From positions 94,860,001 to 94,924,000 of the forward strand of contig NC_043000.1 in assembly GCF_006345805.1 (NCBI RefSeq): a DNA stretch of 64,000 nucleotides. Direction: 5' to 3'. Below are positions 39,571 to 56,440 of the stretch, in pieces. The notes under the pieces were generated by a model that was not told where the DNA came from, did not search any database, and was given only the letters and a program-made list of their open reading frames with translations. The number at the start of each line of letters is the position of its first letter. Position 1 is the first letter of the stretch. Origin of the DNA: Octopus sinensis. Taxonomy: Eukaryota. The translations under genes were made by a program, and so were the position numbers.

Positions 39571-39615
39571 AATACCTGAAGAAGGCTGGAAGTATATCAG
39601 CCGAAACGTTGTGTT
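39571..39615 (+). ncRNA. Putative minimal type I hammerhead ribozyme (Penelope-terminus type)
   Basis: AAUAC-CUGAAGA-A-GGCUG-(9 nt)-CAGCC-GAAAC-GUU-GUGUU: core, stem II, stem I and palindromic stem III are all present. Confidence 0.6.
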
Positions 39616-40468
39616 AACAACAAACATGATGAGGACAAATATCCGTCGAATGTAATTAATGTAATTAATGTAAATAATGTACCTGTTAACTTAGTTTACA
39701 ACTTTTCTCACACTAAATTCTTCAAATCGAGCCATTACTTTAATGAAAGTGTTTTAAAACTAATTAGAAGTTCGTTGCAGCTAGCAACTAGTTCTCTGTG
39801 AAATAAAGATACGGAAAAAAAGAACGAGTGTAAAATGTAACCGTAAACAGGAAATATTTCTGTGTAATTGCCTTAGGTGTACTTCCAGGGATATCCGTAT
39901 GTTCTGCGACCACTCACTTTCAGAATCGCGGATGATCCATAAAACATAATTACGATCGAAAATAGATTAAAGAGTCTGCTTCTAAGGAGAGGAATCATAA
40001 TTGCTGACCTAAGTGATATGATGGAAATATTGCAGGCAGTACAGTATGATATTAGCTGCTTTATTATATACTGTATCTTGATGCAGTAAGTATCCTATTT
40101 TTATTTCTCATACGATTTGATACAGCCATGCACACACGTCCTTTATACAAATAAAAATAGAACCAGTAAAAATGTTATTTCCTGACATTTGCACCAAGGT
40201 AGGCTACGCACATTTGTAGACTCAATAAAATACACTATAGTATCATGCAATCACTTTATATCACTCCCAAAAAGAATGAAAGAGAAAGTCTATTCCTGTA
40301 GATTACACAGAAAAACTCTTCTGGAATTTGTCGCAAGTCGTCTCTTGAATCATATCCTACTGTTTTTGAAAAAAGAAAAGAGACAGTAGATAATCTATTT
40401 CTAGATATAATGTCCGTATGAAAAGCAGGAAGGTCATGGAAAGGCTGCCTTTGATCAAAATCCTGTTC

Positions 40469-40918
40469 CAGTGGCTCTCAACCATTTTTTTTGTTATGGA
40501 CTCCTTTGATTTCCATTTTCTTCAAATGGACCCCCATGACCATTCGATGTTTAAAGAAATCCTATTATATTTTAATAATTACGTATTATTGGGAATTATA
40601 TTTTAAAAAATTGTTAAAATATTTGGTGTACTGTAGGCTCTCAGTAACACGAACAACAACAACATACTCAGAGTTGATAGAACGTCTACTACAATTATAC
40701 AAACACGATAATTACGGGTACATACTACATAAAACTAGTTAAGTAGGCGCAGGAGTGGCTGTGTGGTAAGTAGCTTCCTTACCAACCACATGGTTCTGGG
40801 TTCAGTCCCACTGCATGGCACCTGGGGCAAGTGTCTATAGCCTCCGGCCGACCAAGGCCTTGTAGGTGGATTTGGTAGACAGAAGCAAAAAGAAGCCCGT
40901 CATATATATATGTATATA

Positions 40919-40955
<37 letters not shown>

Positions 40956-41231
40956 AACATCACTTGACAACCGATGCTGGTGTGTTTACGCCCCCGTAAC
41001 TTAACGGTTCGGCAAAACAGAACGATAGAATAAGTACTAGGCTTACAAAGAATAAGACCTGGGGTCGATTTGAACGACTAAAGGCGGTGCTCCAGCATGG
41101 CTGCAGTCAAATGACAGAAACAATTAAAAGAGTAAGTAATTTATTGCTCATAAATTTTAACAAAATCTTATATCGATCCCAACAGCCAACTGGACCCCAA
41201 GGGCCAACTAGACCCGCGTTAAAAACCACTG
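40469..41231. mobile_element. hAT/Charlie-like MITE interrupted by a SINE A (40742-41135, plus)
   Basis: CAGTGGCTCTCAACC and GTTAAAAACCACTG termini; the 8-bp TSD matches only 4 of 8. Confidence 0.55.
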
Positions 41232-42085
41232 GTCGTTTCCATAAAAAACAATTTAGGTTTTGAATAAAGACAAAAGCAACAGCAATAATACAGCCATTTA
41301 GGGAATTCTTGAAGTAATCGAATCTCCCCCAAATCACATCCTATGACCTTAAAAGGACATATTGCAGAATACTGTTTGGAAGGGCATGGCTAGAATGTCT
41401 CCGATCATTAATCTGCTCTCTTATGTACCATATTGGTCTCAACAACACCAACAATATACACTAGAGTTATTACCTACTACAATTATACAAACACCATAAT
41501 TACGGGTATATACAACATAAAGTTAATTAAGCCGTTATTTATGCAACTATTGCCTGAAGCGAAAGTTTTCTAATTCCTAGTAAATATTTCCTAAAGCTAG
41601 TCTTCCTTAATTTCTAGTAAATATTACCAAAAGCTAATGAAGTTAATTAAGTTATTATTTATGTAAACAGGAGAATATTAAAGTTATTGCACGTTCAGAA
41701 ATGTTTAGAACAGGCTGCGATATTCAGAAGTTCGCTTCGCAGTGGTTACGGGTTTGATCTCAAAATGCGGTAACTTGGACAAGTATCTTCTACTGTTGAC
41801 TCAGGTTGACTGCTGCTTTGTAAGGGGAATTATCTAACCGGTCGTCCATGTGCATGTACACGCGCATACGCTTCCATACACACACACATGTGTGTGTGAG
41901 TATGTGTGTATATTTGTGCGTGTGTGCGCGTGCGTGTGGTGGTCACAGAAGAAACTGTATATACTGTGGTAGAGGCAGAGGGCGAAAGAGATTTGCTGCT
42001 TGTTTCCAAACATATCCATCTTTATTCTGTGGAGAATTTTGATTTTCAAAGAGTGAAAAGCGATATTGCATATAATTCTTTTATC

Positions 42086-42225
42086 AGTCTTTATTATTAT
42101 CTTATATATATTATATCTTATATATTATATCTTATTATCTTATATATTATATCTTATTATCTTATATATTATATCTTATTATCTTATATATTATATCTTA
42201 TTATCTTATATATTATATCTTATAT
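42086..42225. repeat. AT-rich minisatellite, about 22-bp unit TATCTTATATATTATATCTTAT
   Basis: About 5-6 units visible. Confidence 0.85.
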
Positions 42226-42280
42226 ATATACGTTTATGAATTTGTGTTGCCAGACTCCTGATGTGAAATCGTGCGTTCAA

Positions 42281-42779
<499 letters not shown>

Positions 42780-43300
42780 CATTAATGATTTTTACCCTTT
42801 ATTATTATTATAATAAGTATGTATATATACCTTATAATAATGATATAGGGTAAAAATGATTAATGGTTTTACCAGGGGGTCAGCGTGGAAATAAAAACCT
42901 TATAAGTAAACTTTACAAATATTTTATAATTATATACAAAATTATAACAAGGGATTGCCCAGAAGCTTCTCCACGCGCTGGAAAAATAGACGCCAAAAAG
43001 ACACTATTACCGCCTTAAAATTCTCGAAAATAACACACTTGGTTGTTATAATTAATATTTGAAAAATTTACTCATTCATCAAAACTTCATTAACTGCAGA
43101 GTATGTCTCGACATTCTACACGTGGTTGTAAAAGAGAGATGTGAATTCTACTTTGGTGTATATTTCTACGAGTGTGTATATATATTGGTTGTGCGACGAC
43201 GACGCTCGCCTGCATATTTGTATACTCGAAAATTTATGCTATGGAATATCGTTGCTGAATATACATACATACTACATACATGCACACACACACATATATA

Positions 43301-43348
<48 letters not shown>

Positions 43349-43611
43349 GTATGTATATATGTAAGTATGTATATATGTATGTTTGTATGTATGTATGTAT
43401 GTATGTATGTATTTATGTATGTATGTGAATGAACGAATGAAAGAAGAACATTGTAGCTGGTTTGAAGCATTGTGAATAAGAAGCAGAATAGCAAAAGCCT
43501 GAAGACGGGGAGTTTCTTGCAATGCCAAATATTAATAACCTTTTTGTATTTCAGGTACAAAGCCCATCACCAGGAGTAAACAGCCAACAAATGTTAGTCA
43601 GTACAGTATGC

Positions 43612-43648
<37 letters not shown>

Positions 43649-44305
43649 TCTGTGTTTTTGTATGTTTATATACATAGAGAGAGACTGTCACATACATACT
43701 TCCACGTAAACATATCATTTTGTTGCTCCTTCTTTTTCTCATTCTACTTCTTTTCTTTGAAATATCAACTCCATTTCTGCTTTCATACCACATGATTATA
43801 AAATCAATGCATATCTAAATACATATACACAAACACATAAACACATACACACATGCAGATCCACATGCGCTCACATACAGACATATATATATATATATAA
43901 ATATTATGTGTGTGGATGTATTATTTTCTGTAGTTATATCTATTGACAAACACACACACATACACACACACACACACACATACACACACACACACAAACA
44001 CCCCATATGCACACACTGCGATTTAGAGAATTTCTTTGTGTATATTAATATATTTGTTAAGTAAAGCAATATCGGAATATATTAATATATTCTCTCTAAA
44101 TATATACCTAGACAAATAATACTTCTGATTTTGCTATTGAAAAGGTTCTTACAGTAACAAAGATTATGTAAGATAATGAAATGAAAACCAGAAAAATATG
44201 GACAATAGAGCAGCAATTCCTCTTGGCATTGTAAATTTCTGAAATACTTAAAATGCAAAAACAGCTATTATTATTTTTCATGTTGTTATCATCTTCATCA
44301 TCATC

Positions 44306-44384
<79 letters not shown>

Positions 44385-44385
<1 letters not shown>

Positions 44386-44600
44386 GGGTGGCGTGCTGGA
44401 GGATAGCTAGTATTCCGGGCAAAATTTTTGGCGGCATATTGCCCGTCTCACGCTTTCAGTCCAAATTCCGTCGAGGTCGACATTGCCTACCATCCTTTCG
44501 GGGTCGATAAATTTAGAACCAGTGAAACACTGGGGTCAATGTAATCGCCTTATCCCCCCGACTCCAAAATGACTGCGCTTGTGGCAGAATTTGAAACTAG
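44385..44600 (+). mobile_element. SINE family B
   Basis: Core AAATTCCGTCGAGGTCGACATTGCC. Confidence 0.75.
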
Positions 44601-44602
44601 TT

Positions 44603-44656
<54 letters not shown>

Positions 44657-44699
44657 TCGTGGTTGAAAATTTGAGATCCATAACTCTACTAAAACGTTC

Positions 44700-45720
44700 A
44701 CCAAAGTGCTATCACGGTCGACAGTGTAGTGGCAAATGCGCAAATCTGTGCGATCCCCGGCAGGTCTATCCACGAAAGCTTTGTGAAATAAGATTGTAGC
44801 AATGTAAGGCATTTGGCATGGTAGACTGTAGCTATCAGACAGTTGTCCTAAGATTTCCATTCCGTCTTTATATGCTATCTCACCACAATGTACAGCGGTA
44901 TGTTCTTAGTGGTGAAATTAAACAACCACCTTTCGGAATATTTCAGCATTTAACGTTCGGTCCGCCAAGGACTTTCCTCACGTCCTTCTTATATGTTCTG
45001 GTATTCGAAACTTTACTTCGAAGGCTGGAAAGTTTCAGTGGTATTTCGCTGGAACTAGGTCACAGTGTTTGCATACACTGATGACGTCACTGTTACAGTA
45101 TTGGACACCTCGGATAAAGTAGCAATCGACACCGTACTAAGAGAATACCGAGTATGTACAGAAGCACATAAACAAGGACAAATTGTTGGATTTGCGACTA
45201 GGAATATGGAAAGGCAAGTACATCTTGACCAGTAGTCTATTTCTGTCGCTGGACTGAGGGTCCAGTGAAAGTGTTTGGAATCTAGTTCGGACCAGATGGA
45301 TAAGAACTTGTGTGAGGTAATGAGCAGGGTTTCCAGTCTCACACAGAAATGGACTGAGTGTAGGCTGTCTCTGAAAGGCCGAGTGGAAGTAGTGAATTCA
45401 TACATTGTATTGGTGGTGTACAGCCGCCTGATAATCGTGCATCGACCCAAGTAAACTCTAACCAGATTGGCTCGTTTGTTTTCCGACTCCTATGAAAGAG
45501 TCATATTTCACTGATCAGGAATTCCATCCGCTGCCAACAACATTCTCCATAGTGTTCACAGGAAACCGTCTTTAATGATGTATTGGTACGTGAATAGGAG
45601 GAAAGGAAGTGGAAAAGGGGGTTTCCGATGTCTTGGAAACGACAGAGTTGGGGATTTGTTCGAATAACACAACGTGTACTGTCCTGTTGCTGGAGATTCT
45701 ATTTATCTATTTTTCTGAGT
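44700..45720 (+). mobile_element. Tx1/L1-clade RT fragment, decayed
   Basis: KAFGMVD, VRQG, LYVLVFETLLRRL and FAYTDDVTV across frames. Confidence 0.7.
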
Positions 45721-45879
45721 TCTATTTTTATATCTTTTGTTATATCCTTATTTTTCTTTTGATGGAAGCCCTAATTTTCTTGAGCTGTCTTTCATCATTT
45801 GATGCATTTCTTAATGTATTGGGATCTTCTCGCAAATAAAAGATATAATAATGATAATCATTATTATTATTATTTCATT

Positions 45880-46560
45880 TGCGCACAACAGATTAGACTG
45901 TTGGAAAAATATTCCTAACATCAGCATTCTTCCTAACACTTTATTCTTTAATGCGCTAGTTAGTTTTAGATTTGGCTGCATCTCACTAGATACTTCTTCC
46001 CTCACTTTCTTTAACCATGATGCATCTCCATTATGGTTAACTGGCTTATCCCAAATATCACTCCAGAACTTTCTAGCTTCTTCAGCATTAAGCTTCTCAT
46101 CTTCAGTAGTCGTTTTTATCCAATTTATTTGGCGAGAAAATCTCCTCCGGTCCAGCTCAAACAATGTTCTGTTAATACTGATTTATTCTGTACTGATATC
46201 TGGAAATTTCACCTGCTATTGCTATTATACGCTTTCTCTTTGACAAAGCATTTTTTCTCAAGAGAAGATTTAAATATTGTATATTCTAATTTGTCCTGTT
46301 TTTAGGCTTCTGTTATACTCATGTCTTGTCTTAAAGTCTCCATTTTATTTTATAATATCTGGTTGCACATCTGCTCCTTCCTGTCCTTTCCTTGAAGGAT
46401 ACCTATTCTGCTAGTAAATACTACCCCTCCTGGATAAATCAATAAGTTGGTGTCACCTATATTTTTAGTATCTATCCGACTGATAAACAGGATCTACTTT
46501 GCTTGTAGCGTCTAGTAACTTCCTTTTATTAATATGTTTAATACTGCTAATCTTTTTCTT
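45880..46560 (-). mobile_element. R4/Dong-like N-terminal fragment
   Basis: FELDRRRFSRQIN...ARKFWSDIWDKPVNHNGDASWLK parallels the 52.6-52.8 kb region. Confidence 0.7.
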
Positions 46561-46632
46561 TCTTTTTTCTCGTTGCTCCCTTCAGCTCATCTAAATTCTT
46601 TCGATCTTCCTCACCTAAGTTGCTGCTTATTA

Positions 46633-46948
46633 ATATTACCCTGCACGTGTAAGCGAAAGCAGGGTACTGAAATTCCTGTGTTGGCAAAAATCCTGGAAAA
46701 AGGCTGAACGGATTTTCAGTAATTTTGGCAGAAATACTCATTGGGTGAGTGGCTTGAAATGACGAACATTCGGATTGATAATCTTTAAAAAAAAAAGAAT
46801 TTAACTTTTTTAAAAAATCGAACTTACAAATTTCCCGATAAGCAAGCGATTATGTTACTTTCTTCATTTTATTTTCCATATGAATCGACCCGCGTCTGCG
46901 TCTTTGTAGATCATGGTGTACCTATGCGCGTAGACATGTGTGGGTACA

Positions 46949-46982
<34 letters not shown>

Positions 46983-47475
46983 CATACATACATAATACAT
47001 ACATACATACAAACATATGCGACTGTGTGTGTGTGTGCTCGTTCGTGTGTGTAAAGTGATGGATTCGAGTGTTTCGTTTATTTACGAGTTGATTTCTTAA
47101 TTTCACCGGAGTATAATTACCTATAATGATAATACTTAACAAAACCTATATAAATAAAAGAAATAAAATAAAATTGAACTTTAAAATTTCCCGATGAGCA
47201 AATGGTCATATTATTTTGTTCATATTTTATTTCATATGAAGTGACCATCGTCTGCGTGTGTATAGATCATGCGCGTAGAAACGTGTGAGTACATACATAT
47301 GTGACTGTGTGTGTGCGTGTGTGTGTGTATGTGTGTATGTGTGTGTAAAGTGATGGATTCGAGGGTTTCTTAATTCAGTGGAGTATAAATAAATATAATT
47401 GTGATACTTAAAAAAAAACCAATTCAGTTCAATTAAAATACCTGGATGAGCAACGCATTGTAAGCCACACTATAA
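46633..47475. mobile_element. Possible Helentron-associated (HINE/DINE-1-like) element with internal tandem duplication
   Basis: 5' inverted repeat TACCCTGC..GCAGGGTA, GGCTGAACGGATTTTC motif, microsatellite core, duplicated block about 46820-47160 and 47170-47420. Confidence 0.4.
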
Positions 47476-47544
47476 TTTACAAAAAAAATTATGTGTGCAA
47501 GGTATGCATCGCCTCTCCGATGCCTTTTTTTTCCAGTATATTGA

Positions 47545-47589
<45 letters not shown>

Positions 47590-49110
47590 TTTTTTTTCTT
47601 CTTTCAAATTTGCTTCCATTTCTTGCCGAGCGTCTTCCCGACTCCTAGGGCAAATAAACTCATAGTATACATCGGTAGGCCATTAAACCAAACTCAGTAG
47701 TTCGTTTATTTTTTTTTTTTTAAGTTAAATTAAAATACATGAGCAGCAACATTTCTCACATCGACAATGCTCTTCTCAATACGTGTGATGTACCAGTTAA
47801 GACAATCTTTTGCACTTCTTGCAGGGATGGTAAGCCAGGGATCATTCTCATATAATTTTCGGTTCCCTTCTTGATCATTCCTAGTGCTCCTACGATCACT
47901 GGTATTGTAACCGCCTTGAGATGCCACATTTTCTCAGTTTCAATGAGTAGGTCTTTATATTTTCTGAGCTTATCAAACTCTTTTGCTGAAATATTATGAT
48001 CACAGGGGATGCTCATGTCGATCAATAAGCAAACTTTATTGTTTTGGTCTTTCACAACAATATCTGGTTTATTGGCCTTGATGGTTCGGTCTGTATGTAC
48101 TGGAAAGTCCCACAGAATGGTTACATTTTCTCCTTCAGTTACAGCCTCAGGGTGGTGATTATACCACTTGTCGGCAGTTTTGATATTGTAATGCCGACTT
48201 ATTAGCCAGTGGAGATATTGGCCAACTCTGTCATGTCTTAATTTATACTCCACTGGTGCTAAGACTTTACATCCAGAGATTAGGTGGTCCACTGTTTCAA
48301 TCATGTCGTTGCAGAATCGGCATTTTGGGTCTGCTCCATTTTTCACATTGGCCTGGTAGTTCCGGGTTAATAGGCTTTGATCTTGAGCAGCCAGGATGAA
48401 ACCTTCGCTCTCTGCTTTTAGCCCTGAGCTCCGTAGCCACTGATGAGTTTGCTTCTGGTCAACATCAGCTTGTTTGCTGCGGGTCACATATTTGCCGTGC
48501 AGAGGTTTCTCCTCCCACCTATCAGCCAATTGCTCGTGCGCTTTTTTCATTGCCATCATTTTCACCTTCTTTGCAACAATAGTTGCCGTACTTCCCTCGG
48601 GTTGTTCAGTTTGGGTATCCTGCACGAGATCAATAGCAAATTTTTGGCTTTCCTTTATGATAGAATGAAGCTTCTTTCGTCTCTTGTGATTTTCCACGAG
48701 CTTTAGCATCCAGTCATTCGATATTTCGAGATATTTGGCCAGTCCAATTGTGGTTGTTTTGTAAGCTAGTTCAAATTGGATCAGGCCTCGACCTCCTTGG
48801 GCTCTGGGAAGGTAAAGGCGATCTACGTCTGCCTTTGGGTGGTGCATCCTATTACAACTCAGCAGCTTGCGTATTTTCCTATCTATATTCTTTACTTCAC
48901 TCATATTCCAGTTCAACACATTGTAGCTATAAGTAACAACTGGAACTGCTAAGGAATTTATAGCTAACACCTTGTTAAGTGCATTTAGTTCAGAAAATCT
49001 GCCTTTTATAATAAGAGATTTCAGGACTGCACGAACTCTCCTATAACATTCCTTCCTGATTTTCCCTTTCATGCTTGCATGCTGAATACCAGAGCCTTCA
49101 TTTATCCCTA
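47590..49110 (-). mobile_element. R4/Dong-clade non-LTR element, 5'-truncated, open 438-aa ORF (47756-49072)
   Basis: CRFC-x8-H-x4-C knuckle, RHDRV, KPDIVV, LLIDMSIP (PD-(D/E)xK endonuclease); flanked by (ATT)n. Confidence 0.92.
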
Positions 49111-49199
49111 AATATTATTATTATTATTATTATTATCATGATTATTATTATGATTATTGTTATGATTATTATTATTATGATTATTATTATGAAAATGAT

Positions 49200-49560
49200 G
49201 ATGAAGTTTTTTCCTTCTTTCTTAAAATTTTCTTCCGTTTCTCGCCGAGTGTTTTCCATACACCTAGGGCAGAGAAGGGCATTGTATGCATTCCCAGATT
49301 ACACGCGCAAATTCACAGATAAAATATGTATTTAAAAATTAATAAATAAATAAATTCATGGATGGATGTTGTTTTCACAGCGATAATGCTCTTCTCAGTA
49401 CATGAGCCGTTCCAATTAATACGATTTTTTTGCACTTCCTGTAGGGATGGTAAGCCTGGAATCATTTGAAAATAGGTTTTAGTACCTTTTTTTTATCATT
49501 CCTAGAGATCCTACAATCACTGGTACTGTAGTTGCCTTGAGATGCCACATTTTTCAATTT
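49200..49560 (-). mobile_element. R4/Dong 3'-end fragment, near-identical to 50186-50480
   Basis: Direct alignment by eye. Confidence 0.88.
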
Positions 49561-49566
49561 TTATTA

Positions 49567-49623
<57 letters not shown>

Positions 49624-50046
49624 TATTATTATTATTATTATTCAGTGATGTTATTTTTATCATGTACTTTCACTGCACTACCGAGCACAGCTCTCTGTGC
49701 CTTGGGTATATGTTGTGGTTCGTTTTGGTGTTGTTACTTTTACTGTGCTGAAAGTCCTTTACGTAAGAGATGTGCAGTGATTAGAAGTTCTATTTTCTGT
49801 ATGTTATATTCGTAAGCCCAGATGTTTTGGTTATGTATTTGTTTGTATGAATTTAACCAAACCTAATGCACTTATTATTATAGGAATTATTTCTGCTTCA
49901 GGCTCTATATACCAGCTATCTCTAATTCCAGATCTTTGTGTTTCTGTATTGTTTAGGTACGTTGTCATCTGTTGGGATTAGAAAGCATTTTAACATCATT
50001 ATTATAATCATTATCATCATCATCATCATCATCATCATTATCATCA

Positions 50047-50083
<37 letters not shown>

Positions 50084-50185
50084 TAAAGTGACGAGCGTGC
50101 AGAATCGTTAGCACACCGGAAGAAAACGCTTAGCGTTCTGAGTTCAAATTTCGCCGAAGTCAACTTTGCCTTTTATCCTTAGGAG

Positions 50186-53077
<2,892 letters not shown>

Positions 53078-53094
53078 TATTATTATTATTAGTA

Positions 53095-53668
53095 TTATTA
53101 TTATAATTATTATTGAGTGACAAAGCAGAGCATGCCATCAAAGTGACACTGGGGTAAAATATACGAAGCCCAGAATACTCATCGTGACTACCCGTCTGAT
53201 AAGGGTACATAAGTACATGCATCACAACCATAGGTGTGCAACAGGGTGATCTCATATCAAGATAAGCAGCACATGACCATACAGGTGGGGCCCAGTTAGA
53301 ATTTTCTTCTGGTCGAGTAACCCATCCCGCTCAACAGGTCCCTGAATAAGGGTTGGTTAAGAATGTTGAATGAAACACCCATGTTTCCAGAGGTGAATTA
53401 TTCAAACCCCAAAGAATTCCTCTCAACAAATGGCTATGATACTCCCCCACTACTTCTGTTCGTGATCAGAGATGCACATATCGTCAGCCACTAAGGGACA
53501 TGCTCAACTGGTTACGGTCAAACAACTGACAAGCAAATCTGTAGTATTGAGTAGAATATTTGCTGTAGCCCATCTTTTATACCAAGACAAAACAATATAC
53601 ATGATGACACTTCCAATCAGTTCAGATCAGAAGCCATGAGAGCCATTGCCTGGTGCTGCATCAGGGCA

Positions 53669-53670
<2 letters not shown>
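53095..53670. mobile_element. Non-coding element of about 570 bp embedded in (ATT)n; probable high-copy non-autonomous repeat
   Basis: Sharp boundaries against the trinucleotide arrays and higher GC; family identity from memory only. Confidence 0.5.
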
Positions 53671-53699
<29 letters not shown>

Positions 53700-53754
53700 G
53701 TTGTTGTTGGTGTTGTTGTTGTTAGCATCGTTGTTGCTGTTGTTGTTGTTGTTG

Positions 53755-53806
<52 letters not shown>

Positions 53807-53884
53807 CATCATCATCATCATAATCATCATCATCATAATCATCATCATCATAATCATCATCATCATAATCATCATCATCATTAT

Positions 53885-54095
53885 TATAGAAACAAAGCTC
53901 GGGTTTCATTTTATTCCGGGTAGGATTTATGTGGAAGTGGGTATCCATACGTTTTCGGTAGTCTTTCAAGAGCTTAGAACCCTCTTGATAATCCCTGCTG
54001 TTTCTAAGAAGTAAACTTTCTGTAGGAGCTCTACCGGGCGTTCTATTTCAACCTCCTTTAGTCGTTTGTCTGTATCGTAGCTTACATATTATTTT
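53885..54095 (-). mobile_element. R4/Dong-like 3' end
   Basis: LQKVYFLETAGIIKRVLSS* followed by (AAT/GAT)n. Confidence 0.6.
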
Positions 54096-54889
54096 CATCA
54101 TCGTCATCATTATTAGTATTAAAGTGGCGAGAGTTCAAATTCCGCCAGGTCGACTTTGTTTTTCATCCGTTCGTGATCGATAGAATATGTGGCAGTCGAT
54201 TATAGGGATCGATGAAATTGACTTCCCCCAAATTTCAGACCTTGAGCCAAAATTTGAAATCATTATTGTTAATGTTGTCGTCGTCGTTATCATCATCATC
54301 ATCATCATCATCGTCATCATCGTCGTCATCATCATCATCATCATCATCATCAGTATCACCATCATCATCATCGTCGTCGTCGTTGTCGTCATCTTCATCA
54401 TAATCATCATTATTATGGAACAGGAAAACTGATATCAAAATAGAAACGAATAAAATGGCGTTTTTATTTTTCTTTTCTTTATTTAATTGTACTAAAAATG
54501 ATAAGAAGCGATGCATTTTGTTGTTGATTTCCTCGTGATATTTTATTGTTTATTTCTTTTAATTCTCTGTATATGTTTTGGCAAACACATACGGAGATGC
54601 TGCGCACTTCATTGTGTTCCATTGTGCTTCGACTACAAAAACGAACGAATTTCTGAAAACTAATTTATTATCTCGCTTCCGTGTCTTCAATTGCATTCAC
54701 CAATATGAGGATTCTTAAAGTATAATGTGCCTCTTTGTATGCGTGTGTGTGCGAGTGTGTTTGTGTGTTTGTGCGTGTATGCATGTATGTATATTATATG
54801 CATTTATATTTAGTTTTGCAAACATATATATTATATATAAAAATATACATATACGTATATATACATTTGTGTGCGTGTGTGCGTGTGTT

Positions 54890-55285
54890 TACTTGTTGCA
54901 CCCGTTTCACTGCGGCCATGTTGAGACTGCCTTGAGACACTGAAAGGTATTAGCCGCTGAAATCGACCTCAGGTCTTATATTTTTGGTGGTGGTTTTTAT
55001 TCTATCGGGCTTCGATGAACCGCTAAGTTACGGGGACATAAACACACCATTATCGGTTGTCAAACGGTGGTTGGTGGTCAGACAGACACAAACGCACACA
55101 CACATAGATATGTACATTTATATACGATGGGTTTCTTTCAGTTTCTGTCTATTAAATGCATTCAGAAGGCTTTGGTCAGCCTGAGGCTTATCAGAAGACA
55201 CTTACCCAACGTGCCACGCAGTGGGACTGAACCCGGAGCCATGTCTTGGAAGCAAACTTCTTACGACACAGTCACACATATATTT
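54890..55285 (-). mobile_element. SINE family A
   Basis: Co-linear with 36910-37272. Confidence 0.8.
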
Positions 55286-55621
55286 ATTTTCCTTTTACAA
55301 GAACAGCGTTGCCAGTGACTTCGAACCTGAAATCTCGAAGTTACTGTCAACGCTACTCTTGTTAAAGAATAAGAAATGTGTACTCTACAAAAATTATTGA
55401 GCATGCCATCAGTTTAATGTACAACTTTTATTATGACATGACATAAAAACAAACATTAATAAAAGTGTGTGTGTGTGTGTGTGTGTGTGTGTATTTATAT
55501 ACGAGGAAAAGAATCTGAAAATACAGGAGTCTTTTAAAAGTATTTATTAATTTAGCCGGTTTCACTTATTTAAAATGATTTTCAAAAAACGTGTGAGGTT
55601 TTGTGTATTCTCTGTGGTGTC

Positions 55622-56000
55622 AAAAATTAGTTTGCAAAATGTATTGAAATCAAGTGAAAGAGTATTTGACAATGATAAGAAAAGGTTTGAGACTTTGTGC
55701 ATCCTCTGTGATGAGACAAGAAATAGTTTTCATAAAAGCGTTTTGATCACGTAATAAAATTTCTTTTATCATGATAAGAAGAAAACCTAGTTTACATGAA
55801 TATGTGCTTATCATGTAAAAGAGTCTTTGACAAGGAGATGAAATATGTGTATCCACTGTGTTGAGTCAAGAAATAGTTTACATAAAAACATTCAGATCAG
55901 GTAAGAATTTTTCTTTATAATCTTAAGATGAAAATTAGTTTACTTGAATATATCTCGTTCAAGTTATAGAGTCTTTGACAAGAAGATAAAATATGTAACA
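55622..56000. repeat. Diverged tandem repeat, period 148-161 bp, about 2.5 units
   Basis: AGAGT(A/C)TTTGACAA at 55659, 55820 and 55968; CAAGAAATAGTTT twice. Confidence 0.8.
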
Positions 56001-56367
56001 GACCGTTTAAAATACCCGGATCTGACTTCTAAGGGTCTTGCATCTAGCTGGAGTTTGACAGTTATAAACAGAGTAGCAAGTCTTCCGTATAAAATCTTCC
56101 TTTTATCCCAAAACGATAAATGTTAATGATATATTCTTTGAATGTCATTTTCATCCAGTATTCGTATTCGTTTTCAAATGTAAAAACAGTGTGGGTGGCT
56201 TATGGTCACGGCTCACAATGTAGTTGGCGATTGACAAAATTTTTTCCAGTGCGTTTATATGTATGATTTAGAAGTGAAGAATGGTTTGTATTTGCGTGTA
56301 AGCGTATGTGTGTATGTGTGCGCGTGTGTATGTGTGTGTTGCAGTTGTCAGGGCGCTGTTATATAAA

Positions 56368-56440
<73 letters not shown>

